Position numbers and translations under genes: made by a program. Shown here in pieces: positions 20,170 to 30,257 of a stretch of DNA of 64,000 nt. The notes below the pieces were generated by a model. It searched no databases, was not told where the DNA came from, and saw nothing but the letters and a program-made list of their open reading frames with translations. The stretch's first letter is position 1; every line of letters begins with the position of its first letter. The stretch comes from Verrucomicrobiales bacterium. GTDB taxonomy: Bacteria > Verrucomicrobiota > Verrucomicrobiia > Verrucomicrobiales > SLCJ01. The DNA lies in the NCBI GenBank assembly GCA_046075565.1, contig JBJTQJ010000040.1, positions 25,487 to 89,486 of the forward strand, read 5' to 3'.

Positions 20170-21522
20170 ATGCCCACCGTTTACATCAAAACCTACGGCT
20201 GCCAGATGAACGAACGCGACTCCGAGCAAGTCGGAGAAATGTTCATCGAGCGGGGCTATACCCTGACCCGACGCGAGGACGACGCCGATGTCATCCTCAT
20301 CAACACCTGCAGCGTGCGCGATCAGGCCGAACAAAAGGCGCTCGGCAAGATGGGTTTGATGGGCCGCCACCGCCGCCGCAAACCCCATCTCGTTTACGGC
20401 TTCATGGGATGTATGGCGCAAAGCCGCGGCTCGGAACTTTTCGGGACCATTCCTCACCTCGACCTCGTGGTCGGCACCCAGAAATACCATCGCGTGGTGG
20501 ATCATGTGGATACCATCGTGCGCGCCCGCGAAGAAGCCGAGATGGATGATCTGCGATTCGCCATCACCGACACGGAGGAAGAAGCTGGGTCTCAAAACAC
20601 CATCCGCGATCACGAAATCACCGATGGCCAGGCCACCGCCTTTGTTTCCATCATGCAAGGCTGCAACATGAAATGCAGTTTCTGCATCGTGCCTTACACG
20701 CGGGGTGCCGAACGCTCGCGCCCTATCACCGACATCGTGCACGAAGTTCGGGGGCTCGCGGACTGCGGCGTGAAAGAGGTCACGTTGTTAGGACAAATCG
20801 TCAATCTCTACGGTCGCACCGAATTCGAACGCATGGATGGCAAGAGTCCGTTCGTGCAATTGCTGGAAGCCGTGCACGAGGTCGGAGGCATCGAGCGCAT
20901 CCGCTTCACTTCCCCGCACCCGATTGGTTACCGCGAGGATCTCGTGGCCGCGTTCACCTATCTGCCCAAACTCTGCCCCCATATCCACTTCCCCATGCAG
21001 AGCGGCAGTGATCGTGTGCTTAAGCTCATGCGCCGTCCCTACAAGGCGGAAAAGTTCCTCGAGATCTGCAATCAGATGAAAGCCGCGCGGAAAGGGCTCG
21101 CCATCACGACCGATATCATTGTCGGTTTTCCGGGAGAAACGGAAGAAGACTATCTCGCCACGCGCGCCATGGTCGAGACCATCGGCTTCGACAACGCCTT
21201 CATCTTCCGCTATTCGACCCGCCGGGGCACGCCGGCCAGCGACTTTGAGGAACAAGTGCCGGAACGGATCAAAGAGGAACGCAACCAGGACCTGCTCGCG
21301 CTGGTCAATCGCCTTGCCATCGCCCGCAACAGCGCCCTCGTCGGCAGCGTGCAGGAAGTTCTGTGTGAAGGACCCAGCAAAACCAACAAAGAGCGCCTCA
21401 CGGGACGAACACCGCACAACAAACCCGTGATTCTTGATGGCCCCCCGCACCTGCGCGGGAAAATTTTCCCGGTCGCCATCCGCGAGACCACCGGCTTCAC
21501 CCTCTACGGCGATGTCCTGTGA
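20170..21522 (+). CDS. miaB: tRNA methylthiotransferase MiaB
   Basis: TYGCQMNERDSE, GCNMKCSFCIVPYTRG, TRAM domain. Confidence 0.96.
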   Translation: MPTVYIKTYGCQMNERDSEQVGEMFIERGYTLTRREDDADVILINTCSVRDQAEQKALGKMGLMGRHRRRKPHLVYGFMGCMAQSRGSELFGTIPHLDLVVGTQKYHRVVDHVDTIVRAREEAEMDDLRFAITDTEEEAGSQNTIRDHEITDGQATAFVSIMQGCNMKCSFCIVPYTRGAERSRPITDIVHEVRGLADCGVKEVTLLGQIVNLYGRTEFERMDGKSPFVQLLEAVHEVGGIERIRFTSPHPIGYREDLVAAFTYLPKLCPHIHFPMQSGSDRVLKLMRRPYKAEKFLEICNQMKAARKGLAITTDIIVGFPGETEEDYLATRAMVETIGFDNAFIFRYSTRRGTPASDFEEQVPERIKEERNQDLLALVNRLAIARNSALVGSVQEVLCEGPSKTNKERLTGRTPHNKPVILDGPPHLRGKIFPVAIRETTGFTLYGDVL

Positions 21523-22801
21523 CCCGAAACCACCCCAAAGGAGAGGCTGCGCCGGGAAAATCCGGTCGTCGATTCTGATTGCCGCGTTAGCGGTGATATC
21601 GTCGGGTTTGTTGTGGTTGAATGTGAGGCTCTATAGCCCTCCGCCCGGTGCGGCGCAGCGCGGCGTGGTCGCGGATGATGCGCCGCAGCAACTCGCGAAC
21701 ATCAAGCGAAGGCTTCGCGATGGCGAAGGAGGAGACATGCAGAAGATTTTCCCAGAGGGCTGGTTCTTCAGTCACGCGCTTTACGGGATGGCATGGATAA
21801 ATGTGGGAATGCAGAGCGGGGATGCTGCGGTGAAAAAACGGGCGGCGGAAGAGGCGCGCTGGGTTCTCGAGCGGATGGAATCCGCGGAAGGGCTCGCGCC
21901 TTTCACCCGCTCCACGCAAGTGCGAAACGGGGTTTTCTATCTCGGCTGGAAAAACCGGCTGCTCGGTGGATTGCTGGCGTTAAATCCCGAGCCCTCCCCC
22001 ACCCCTGCGGAGGTCGCGGCATTTCTGCGGCAGAGCGAGGAATTGGGAGCGGCGTTTCGCTCCCATCCCACCCGGCATCTCGACGCCTATCCCGGTTTGG
22101 CTTGGCCATGCGACAATGTGATGGCACTTGCTTCGCTTCGTCTGCACGACACGCTTTATGCTCCGAAGTTCGCGGATGTGATCAGCGCGTGGGTGGAATT
22201 CACCAAAGCGCATCTCGATTCCGCCACCGGGCTGATAGTTCATGAAATCGACGGGCACACGGGTGCGATGCGCGCCTCCGCGAGGGCATCTACGCAAGTT
22301 TATATCCACGCTCTCCTGCCTGAGTTGGACACCGGGTTCGCGAGAGAGCAATACACGGGATTCCGCCGATTGTTCGTCGAGGACTGGCTCGGCTACTTGC
22401 CGGTGCGCGAATACCCGAAAGGGCAATCAGGCCCGGGGGATGTGGATACCGGACCGCTCATCTTCGGAATCAGCCCATCGGCCACCGTGGTTTCCATCGC
22501 GGCGGCTCGGGCCAATGGTGATTGGGAACTGGCGGAACGCAATGTGATCCTCAGCGAAACGATCGGCTTTCCTTGGACCACCAGCGGGGAAAAATCCTTT
22601 GGCTTCGGTGCGATTGTGGTCGCCGATGCTTTCCTGGTTTGGGGCAAAACATTTGTTCCATGGACTCCAACAGCAGCCGCGGATTTTCCACCCACTACTT
22701 CACGTTGGTGGAAATGGCGCATCCACGGAATCTCGCTCGCATTGCTAGGAGCACTAATCGCCATCATCTTGCGCCGGAGAAAACCGGTGCCGGTGCAGTG
22801 A
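21512..22801 (+). CDS. Membrane-anchored linalool dehydratase/isomerase-like (alpha/alpha)6 barrel protein
   Basis: N- and C-terminal TM helices; FPEG.FF, YPG.AWPCDN..ALASL.LHD, REYP.G..G.GDVD.GP. Confidence 0.5.
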   Translation: MSCDPKPPQRRGCAGKIRSSILIAALAVISSGLLWLNVRLYSPPPGAAQRGVVADDAPQQLANIKRRLRDGEGGDMQKIFPEGWFFSHALYGMAWINVGMQSGDAAVKKRAAEEARWVLERMESAEGLAPFTRSTQVRNGVFYLGWKNRLLGGLLALNPEPSPTPAEVAAFLRQSEELGAAFRSHPTRHLDAYPGLAWPCDNVMALASLRLHDTLYAPKFADVISAWVEFTKAHLDSATGLIVHEIDGHTGAMRASARASTQVYIHALLPELDTGFAREQYTGFRRLFVEDWLGYLPVREYPKGQSGPGDVDTGPLIFGISPSATVVSIAAARANGDWELAERNVILSETIGFPWTTSGEKSFGFGAIVVADAFLVWGKTFVPWTPTAAADFPPTTSRWWKWRIHGISLALLGALIAIILRRRKPVPVQ

Positions 22802-22821
22802 TTTTTATATTATGGTGACGG

Positions 22822-24108
22822 ATGGTCCGAGCAGCGCAAAAAAGCCGTCCAGCCGCGGATTCGCCACCGGGGGTTAAGTCTTTCTTCGGTTGGCTTCCTT
22901 GCGCCTTATTGACCTGTCTCTTCCTTTCTGCCTGCGGGGAGAAGTCCCCTGCCCCAAGCGGCCCGTTGGTTCATGAGGCCTATCTCTGGCAAGACCCACA
23001 ACGACCCGGAGTCGCTGCCGCGCTCGCAACTGCCCGGGGAAAACTTTCCGCCATCGCTATCCTGGCTGCTGAAGGGTCGGCCCGCGAAGGGAAGCTTGTC
23101 TTCCGCGAGGTCAAGAATCTTCCGATTGGCCCGGACATCGCCCATGTCATCCGCCTCGGACAATCCACCATCGAACAGGTTTGGTCGCCCGAGAGTCGGG
23201 AGATGATTGCCCGGCAAGTCGCACGCCTCGCCGCCGCCCGGCCGAGGGAGATCCAGATCGACTTCGATTGCCCGGCCAGCCGCCTTGGAGACTACAAGGA
23301 GTTGCTGCTTGCCCTGCGTGCTAGCGCGGGTCCCGTGCCGCTCGTATTCACCTCCTTGCCGAACTGGCTCGATGCGCGCTCGTTTGCCGATCTCGCCCGC
23401 GCTTTTCCCCGCTTCGTGCTACAAGTCCATTCCCTCGATTTGCCTTCGAAGCCCGGGGAATCGGTCATTCTCTGTGATCCGGATGCCGCCCACCGTGCCG
23501 TAGCGAAGGCTTCCGCCCTCGGCGTTGAGTTCCGTGTCGCCCTACCGACCTACGGGAGCGAGGTGCTTTTTGATTCCAATGGGAAAGTCCTGGATGTCGT
23601 GAGCGAGGATTCTTCCCGCGTGCCTGCCGCCGCCATCGCCAGCCGCCAACGAGTCTTCGCCGATCCGGAAGTCATGAGCACACTCGTTCGCGATTGGACG
23701 GCGAATCGTCCGCGTGGGCTGACCGGCATTTGCTGGTATCGCCTCCCGGTGGAAGGTAACAGGCGAAATTGGACATGGGCGACCTTTGCTGCCGCCATGG
23801 AAGGCACGGCCCGCACGGGGATAGTGGAGGTGCATGCCGCGCCGGGAAGTGGCGGAGCATTCAATGTGACGCTGGTCAACCCGAGCGACGCCCACGCGCC
23901 GATGCCGGAAAAGATCTTTTTGCCTGCGGGAACACTTGCCGCCGATGCCACGAGGCCATATCATCCATCCAGCGGCGCTGCTCCAGTTTTTCTTCGCGAT
24001 TCCGCTGATCCAATCTGGCCCTATCTCGCTCCCGGCGAAGGTGTGGTCGTTGGTTGGTTTCGCCATCCGAATCCGCCCTCGAAACTCTCACCAAATCCCC
24101 GTCCATGA
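22822..24108 (+). CDS. DUF3142-like lipoprotein (TIM-barrel, glycoside-hydrolase-like)
   Basis: Lipobox LSAC; EAYLWQ, IQIDFDCP.SRL..Y, VLQVHS, FRVALPTYG, WYRLP. Confidence 0.7.
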   Translation: MVRAAQKSRPAADSPPGVKSFFGWLPCALLTCLFLSACGEKSPAPSGPLVHEAYLWQDPQRPGVAAALATARGKLSAIAILAAEGSAREGKLVFREVKNLPIGPDIAHVIRLGQSTIEQVWSPESREMIARQVARLAAARPREIQIDFDCPASRLGDYKELLLALRASAGPVPLVFTSLPNWLDARSFADLARAFPRFVLQVHSLDLPSKPGESVILCDPDAAHRAVAKASALGVEFRVALPTYGSEVLFDSNGKVLDVVSEDSSRVPAAAIASRQRVFADPEVMSTLVRDWTANRPRGLTGICWYRLPVEGNRRNWTWATFAAAMEGTARTGIVEVHAAPGSGGAFNVTLVNPSDAHAPMPEKIFLPAGTLAADATRPYHPSSGAAPVFLRDSADPIWPYLAPGEGVVVGWFRHPNPPSKLSPNPRP

Positions 24109-26459
24109 AATCCTCCGCCATCGGTCTTGGCCTGATCATTTCGGGCTTCCCCGTATTTGCTTGTGGCCCGTGGTTTCCAGATACCGTGCTCGACAACCCG
24201 CGATTCGCGCTACAGGTGCCACCAGTTTGTTATGAAGCGGAGATCGCCGCTCTCTTTCCGAATCGCAAAGCTCCCGCAGAGGCGCCCGCAGTCGCCAATG
24301 ACGATGTCGCCGCCGCCATCGAAAACAAAGGTTCGGATTTGCTTTTGCGGCAGATCCCCCGCGAACTCGGGGAGTTGCAAGATTGGTGGAAAAAGAAGGG
24401 ATTGAATGACGAGGAGATCTCCCGGCGCTCTAAAGCTTACGTCGATTTGCGGGTGCGTCAGCTCTCCGCCATTGGCAATGTCGCCTTCAAGGAATTCGAG
24501 GTGGCGGAACCGGATGCCGCCAACGGAATCGCCGAACGTCCTCTCGCTGATATTCTTCCTCCGGATGTGGCGGACTTTGTCGAAGCCAGTCGTCTGGTCA
24601 TCGTAGGTCGACCCGGCGAAGCGCGGACCATTTGGCAATCCATTCTTGACCGTCCAGCGGAAGAGAAAAAATTTCGCGCCGCATGGGCCGCCTGGATGTT
24701 GGCCAAGACTGGCGAGGATTGGATCGACGCGGAAAAATGGTATCTGCGCGTCCGCGAGGAAGTCGCCGCCGGTGCCTATGACTGCATCTCGCTCGGCCCG
24801 GATGCCGCCGGTTGGTTGGGCCCGCGCCAGGAAGACCCCATCCAGGGATTGAAACTGCTTGCCCAAGCCTGGTGCGAAGGCCGCAAAGAAGCCCTCATTG
24901 ATATACGGCGGCTCGCTCAGGACTTGCTCGAAAAAGCCACTCCTGAAGAACTCGCCGCTCTCGCCCGCGATCCTCTTGCCCGCCAGATCCTGAACATCGA
25001 AGTCTTCACCACCCTCGACAGTGGATGGAATGATGCGGCCATCGACCCGTCGGAACCGTTTCCCTACGCGAACTGGCTTGCCGCCATCGAGAACTATGGC
25101 GGCGGCCAAATCGAACGAGCCGAACAGATCGCTTGGGCATTGTATTCGCGCGGCCACTACGATGCCTCCCGCGCCTGGCTGGCCCGGGCCGAACCGGGCA
25201 CGGAGCGTGTGCTCTGGCTCAAAGCCAAATTTGCTCTGATGGACGGACGCTCGTCGCAAGCCGATCGCGCGCTCGAACGTGCCGTCACTATTGCCAAACG
25301 TTCGCCCGATTGGAAAGCCTCGAATCCCCTCCTTGATGAAACCAGTTGGCTCGACTCTGACGAGCGGCATTCCGCGACCAACGGTCATCTGCTCGCCGAT
25401 GCCGCTGTGCTTGATTTATCACGCGGCGAATACTCCAGTGCCCTTGCCCGCTTTACCGAAGCCGGATACTGGAGTGACGCCGCCTACATCGCGGAGCGGG
25501 TTCTCACCACCGATGAGCTCGTGGATCACGTCAATCGCCATGCACCGAAGTGGTCGGAGAATCTCACCGCTTACTGGGAGGGCAAACGCCTGGGCAACCC
25601 TGAGCCTGATGACATCAACGCTGGTGCTCTACAGCCTGTCCCAGAGCTTGAACTCGAGGACAACCCGAAGCCCGAGGACATCAAAGCCGATGCCAAACAA
25701 ATGCCGGACATGTGGAACTTCACCGATCAATTCGACACGAAGGATAGGCTCCGCTACCTGCTCGGGCGTCGCCTGACGCGCGAGTTCCGCTTCCGCGAAG
25801 CCAGAGCCTATATGCCCAAGCCTATGCTGCCACTTTACGACCACTACGTTGCGTTGCATCGCGCCGGAATATCCGGCGAATACACTGCCACGGAAAAAAT
25901 CGCCATCTTGTGGAACGAGGCCGCCATCCTGCGCGAATTCGGGTTGGTGATGATTGGCACGGAAGGTGCGCCCGATGGGTTCGAGCGTTGGGGCTCCTTC
26001 CCGGCCATCAACTACTTCTTTCTCCGTTCGCGCCGCGACGGATGGAAAAACTGGTGGGACTATGAGGAGGAATCCGCCAATCCGCCCGCATTGAAGGAAA
26101 AGCTTGAACCCCACCAGGTGGCCAATCCACGTGTGAGCATGGGTGAAATCGAGCGTGCACGCAGCCATGCCGTTGTACCAAACCTGCGTTATCATTACCG
26201 CTACCGTGCCGCCGACATCGCATGGAAAGCAGCTGAACTCGCGCCCGACAACAGCAATACCAAAGTCCACATCCTCAACACGGCTGGAAAATGGCTCGCC
26301 AGCCGAGATCCCATCGCCGCCGACCGCTTCTACAAAGCCATGGTCCGCCGCAACTGGTCGCACCCACTCGGTCAAACCGCCGACAAAAACCGCTGGTTCA
26401 TCTCCATGGATGTCCCGCCCGATCTTCCGCAATTGCCCGAAAAGTTGCGGCCGAAGTGA
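24105..26459 (+). CDS. Large secreted helical-repeat protein partnered with DUF3142
   Basis: Signal peptide then CGPWFP; DAAYIAERVLT.DEL, LGRRL.RE, RYHYRY.AA; ATGA overlap with the upstream gene. Confidence 0.75.
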   Translation: MKSSAIGLGLIISGFPVFACGPWFPDTVLDNPRFALQVPPVCYEAEIAALFPNRKAPAEAPAVANDDVAAAIENKGSDLLLRQIPRELGELQDWWKKKGLNDEEISRRSKAYVDLRVRQLSAIGNVAFKEFEVAEPDAANGIAERPLADILPPDVADFVEASRLVIVGRPGEARTIWQSILDRPAEEKKFRAAWAAWMLAKTGEDWIDAEKWYLRVREEVAAGAYDCISLGPDAAGWLGPRQEDPIQGLKLLAQAWCEGRKEALIDIRRLAQDLLEKATPEELAALARDPLARQILNIEVFTTLDSGWNDAAIDPSEPFPYANWLAAIENYGGGQIERAEQIAWALYSRGHYDASRAWLARAEPGTERVLWLKAKFALMDGRSSQADRALERAVTIAKRSPDWKASNPLLDETSWLDSDERHSATNGHLLADAAVLDLSRGEYSSALARFTEAGYWSDAAYIAERVLTTDELVDHVNRHAPKWSENLTAYWEGKRLGNPEPDDINAGALQPVPELELEDNPKPEDIKADAKQMPDMWNFTDQFDTKDRLRYLLGRRLTREFRFREARAYMPKPMLPLYDHYVALHRAGISGEYTATEKIAILWNEAAILREFGLVMIGTEGAPDGFERWGSFPAINYFFLRSRRDGWKNWWDYEEESANPPALKEKLEPHQVANPRVSMGEIERARSHAVVPNLRYHYRYRAADIAWKAAELAPDNSNTKVHILNTAGKWLASRDPIAADRFYKAMVRRNWSHPLGQTADKNRWFISMDVPPDLPQLPEKLRPK

Positions 26460-26500
26460 AGGGAAAAGGGCGAGGATGCATGGAAACCTACCGACTCAAG

Positions 26501-26573
26501 GTTGGAGTTCGGGCTTTAGCCCGTCTCATGCCGCAGTGAAAAGGATCCTACGGGCTAAAGCCCGAACTCCAAC
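26501..26573. repeat. REP doublet (REPIN-like)
   Basis: Perfect 24-bp inverted repeat GTTGGAGTTCGGGCTTTAGCCCGT (26501-26524 / 26550-26573); each arm is GGAG plus a hairpin. Confidence 0.85.
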
Positions 26574-26625
26574 AAACCAGCAGCAACCATGCCGCTCGGA
26601 TCGAAGCTCGGCTAGCGATTGTCCC

Positions 26626-27609
26626 TCACGCTTCCCAAGCGCCGCCACCCGAGATGGCATCGAGGCGCGCGAGTTCCGCGTCGCTGAAGGTTGCGCTTTC
26701 CAAAGCCCTGAGATTTTCCTCCAGTTGCGGGAGGGTGCGGGCGCCGATGAGCGCGCTTGTTAGGTAGGGCAACTGCAGGACCCAGGCGAGGGCCATGATG
26801 GAAAGTGGTTCACCGCGATCGCGTGCGACCTCCGCGAAGGCTCGGATCTTCGGCAATGCATCCGCGACTTGCCGGGTTTGCAGGAAACCTTCCGGGCGTT
26901 CGGCGCGCGATCCCGCCGGGATTCCATCGAGATACTTGTCGCTGAGCATTCCCTGGGCGAGCGGACTGAACCCGATGCAGCCCACGCCCTCCTCTTCGAG
27001 CACGGAGGGAAGAGCATTCGCTTCCGGCCAGCGGTTGAGCAAGCTGATGGGCGGTTGGTGGATCAAACAGGGCACGCCCATATCCCGGAGAATGTGGATG
27101 GCTTCTTTGGCCAGCGGGCCGGGGTATTTCGAGATGCCCACGTAGAGCGCTTTGCCCTGCTGGACGGCCGTAGCGAGCGCGCCCATGGTTTCCTCGAGGG
27201 GAGTCTCCGGATCCGGCCGGTGGGAATAAAAAATATCCACGTAATCGAGCCCGAGCCGGCGCAGGCTCTGGTCGAGGCTGGCCAGCAGGTGTTTGCGAGA
27301 TCCGCATTCGCCGTAGGGCCCATCCCACATGAGATGGCCGGCCTTGGTGGAGATGATCAATTCATCGCGATGCCCGGCAAAATCGCGGCGCAAGGCGCGG
27401 GCGAAATTCCGCTCCGCACTTCCGGGCGGCGGGCCGTAGTTGTTGGCGAGATCGAAATGGGTGATGCCCGCGTCGAAGGCCCGGCACAAAATCGCCCGAC
27501 CGGTTCGCGGAACATCGACATCACCGAAATTGTGCCAGAGCCCGAGCGAGATGGCGGGCAAGAGCAAACCGGAACGGCCACAACGGCGGTAGGGCATGGA
27601 CGAGTTCAT
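26626..27609 (-). CDS. Aldo/keto reductase (YghZ/MgrA-like)
   Basis: [33 protein letters not shown]. Confidence 0.92.
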   Translation of the reverse strand: MNSSMPYRRCGRSGLLLPAISLGLWHNFGDVDVPRTGRAILCRAFDAGITHFDLANNYGPPPGSAERNFARALRRDFAGHRDELIISTKAGHLMWDGPYGECGSRKHLLASLDQSLRRLGLDYVDIFYSHRPDPETPLEETMGALATAVQQGKALYVGISKYPGPLAKEAIHILRDMGVPCLIHQPPISLLNRWPEANALPSVLEEEGVGCIGFSPLAQGMLSDKYLDGIPAGSRAERPEGFLQTRQVADALPKIRAFAEVARDRGEPLSIMALAWVLQLPYLTSALIGARTLPQLEENLRALESATFSDAELARLDAISGGGAWEA

Positions 27610-27743
27610 GGCATAAAACATGGACCATCGGCAACCCGAGGCAATCCGAATATCTGGTCGAACCGGTAAAGCGCTTGCTCGTGGAGAAAACAAGCCGATC
27701 TTCGGGCAAGCCGCCGGTTTCCTTTCGCCGGCACCACACGCCC

Positions 27744-27956
27744 ATGCGAGAACACCCCAATGACCCGCTTCACGGCATCACTCTCGAAGCCTTGCTTCGC
27801 GAGATGGTGGATCGATATGGCTGGGAGGAAATGGCCGCGCGGATGCCCGTGCGTTGCTTCATGTTTGATCCATCCATCAAGTCGAGCCTGACTTTCCTGC
27901 GCAAGACACCATGGGCGCGCAAACGCCTCGAGGATTGGTTCGTGGCGGTGAAGTGA
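27744..27956 (+). CDS. VF530/DUF2132 family small protein
   Basis: [10 protein letters not shown]...YGWE...[17 protein letters not shown]. Confidence 0.9.
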   Translation: MREHPNDPLHGITLEALLREMVDRYGWEEMAARMPVRCFMFDPSIKSSLTFLRKTPWARKRLEDWFVAVK

Positions 27957-27987
27957 AAAAGCACCTGACCAAGAGCGCCGGCGTTTT

Positions 27988-28776
27988 TCAGACGTAGTCC
28001 CTGAGCGGCACTTTTCCATTGCTGGCGCAGATGAACATTTTGCCATCGGCCGCTTCGGGGTCGGAAGCGCCGCGGAGGATAACCGTGCCGCCGGCCGCTT
28101 CGACGAGAAGGTGTCCGGCCGCGATGTCCCAGAGGCTGATTTGTTCCTCGATATAGGCATCGAGACGACCGCTGGCGATATAGGCCATGGCGAGCGCGGC
28201 ACTGCCCATGAGGCGGGTTTTCCGAACTTCATAGGCGATGCGGCGGTAGCGTTCGAATCCATGATCGAGACTGGCTTTCGATTTGGAAAATCCAACCGTG
28301 ACAATGGCCTCGGCGAGCGTGTCGCGGTCGCTCACGTGGATGGCTCTTCCATTCAGCAAGGCCGGGCCACCTTCAATGACCGTCCATGTCTCACCGAGCA
28401 TGGGATCATGAATGAGACCGAGCACGGTCCGGCCTTCGTGGCGGAGCGCGATTGAGATGCAGAAATGCGGGATGCCGTAGAAAAAATTCACCGTGCCATC
28501 GATGGGATCGATGACCCATTGCCAAGGCGCGCCCTGATCGCCGGTGCTGCCTTCCTCGCCGAGGATGACGTGGTCGGGAAAAGCGGCGAGGATGTGGCCT
28601 TCGAGGAAGAGCTGGGTCTCGCGATCCAGGGCGAGTTTGATGTCGTAGGCTTTCTTTTCATCCACCGCCAACTCGCCGCCGAAGGCCTGACGGAGGGTCT
28701 GCCCGGCAAGCAGGGCGGCATTTTCGGCGGTGGCGAGGCAGGAATTGAGGAAATCGGACGGATTGTTGTCGGGCAC
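27988..28776 (-). CDS. suhB: Inositol monophosphatase family protein
   Basis: WVIDPIDGTVNF, GSAAL, WDIAAG. Confidence 0.9.
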   Translation of the reverse strand: MPDNNPSDFLNSCLATAENAALLAGQTLRQAFGGELAVDEKKAYDIKLALDRETQLFLEGHILAAFPDHVILGEEGSTGDQGAPWQWVIDPIDGTVNFFYGIPHFCISIALRHEGRTVLGLIHDPMLGETWTVIEGGPALLNGRAIHVSDRDTLAEAIVTVGFSKSKASLDHGFERYRRIAYEVRKTRLMGSAALAMAYIASGRLDAYIEEQISLWDIAAGHLLVEAAGGTVILRGASDPEAADGKMFICASNGKVPLRDYV

Positions 28777-28850
28777 GGCGCAGGAATTGGGTTGTTGGAA
28801 CCATGGCAATGATGGCACATTTCCGGGGAGCCGCATCCGTTCTTTCCAAG

Positions 28851-30257
28851 ATGGCCAGCCGCGAAGAAAATCTACACCGCACCTATCTGAGGATGACCCG
28901 TCAGGGTCGTTCGGTGGTGCTGCGCGTGCGTCCGGCAGGCTGGCTGGCCTGCCTGCTTTCGATGAGCCTGCTCTTCCTCGGCGCGGATCCCACGCGTTCG
29001 CTGGCCTACCAGCTTTTCGCGCTGATCTTCGCATTCATCTCGGTGGCAAGCATATCGACCATGTTTTTCCGCGTGCGAGGCGAGGCGAACCGCTCGGTTT
29101 CTGCAACCGCCATACCCGGAGAACCGCTGCATGTGGAAATCGAAGTGCGCAACCTCGGCCGGCGCGCTTGGAAAAATGTCCGGCTGCTGGAAATCCCACC
29201 CGCACCCGCGCCGACGGTCGAGGAATTTTCCCGGCAAACGGAACCAGGCGAGAAGAAGCGGAATTTTTTCGACCGCTATTTCATCTTCTACCGATTCTCC
29301 TGGCTCGGGGAACGAAGGCAGACATTCCATGTCTCGGCGAGCGAAATATTTGATCTCGCACCGGGAGGGAGCACGAAGGTGAGGATCCGTCTTTTGCCTT
29401 TGCGCCGTGGCAGTCTGGAATTGCGGGATCTGCGCTTGGCCAAGGATGACCTCTTTGGTTTTTTCCGCAGGGTGCGACCGATTGATGCTCCGGTGGTCCG
29501 AGTGGCGATTCTTCCCCGGCCATTGCGTCTCGCAGCCCTTCCTTCGGCGGGCGCGGCCGCGAAACCGAGCCCAGCAGGAGCTTCGCCCGGACATCGTGCC
29601 GGCCAATCGGATGAATTTCTCACCTTGCGCGAATATCGCCCGGGTGATGCCATGCAACATATCCATTGGGCGGCTTTCGCGCGCGCCGGGATTCCGATCG
29701 TGCGCGAGTTCGAGGATATCCATCAACCGCGGGCGGCCTTGATCTTCGACTCGCTCGTGGGCGATGAGGGCGATGCGATGGAAGTGACCAAGGCCTTCGA
29801 ACTGGCGGTGCGGGTGGCCGCATCGCTGGCGGGACGATTGCGCCAGGGCGAGACTTTGCTCGAACTTCTGCTGGTGCAGGGGCGTGCGCATTCCTTCACC
29901 GGGGGACCGGGTCATTTGCAAATGCGGCGTTTGCTTGAGATCCTGGCATCGGTGCATCCGGAGACACGGGGCTCGTTCGAATCGCTGGAACGTTTGTCGC
30001 TCGCGTATGCTCCGGTCTGTGGCAGCGCCCATTTCATCACGACCCACTGGGATGAAAATCGCGAACGTCTACTCGAGCGCCTGCGCGCGCGGGGGCTTGA
30101 CGTGAAAGCCGTGCTGACGCCACCGGCAAAGCCGGCGAGGGAATGGACGGATTTGCCGGCATGGGTCACCGTGCTGCATGCGCATGAAATCGAGCGTCTG
30201 GAATTGGAACAACACGCCGATGAACCCGCAACCGAAGAGGAGGCGGTGACCGCATGA
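28851..30257 (+). CDS. DUF58 domain membrane protein
   Basis: EFLTLREYRPGD...IHWAAFAR...VREFE. Confidence 0.9.
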   Translation: MASREENLHRTYLRMTRQGRSVVLRVRPAGWLACLLSMSLLFLGADPTRSLAYQLFALIFAFISVASISTMFFRVRGEANRSVSATAIPGEPLHVEIEVRNLGRRAWKNVRLLEIPPAPAPTVEEFSRQTEPGEKKRNFFDRYFIFYRFSWLGERRQTFHVSASEIFDLAPGGSTKVRIRLLPLRRGSLELRDLRLAKDDLFGFFRRVRPIDAPVVRVAILPRPLRLAALPSAGAAAKPSPAGASPGHRAGQSDEFLTLREYRPGDAMQHIHWAAFARAGIPIVREFEDIHQPRAALIFDSLVGDEGDAMEVTKAFELAVRVAASLAGRLRQGETLLELLLVQGRAHSFTGGPGHLQMRRLLEILASVHPETRGSFESLERLSLAYAPVCGSAHFITTHWDENRERLLERLRARGLDVKAVLTPPAKPAREWTDLPAWVTVLHAHEIERLELEQHADEPATEEEAVTA

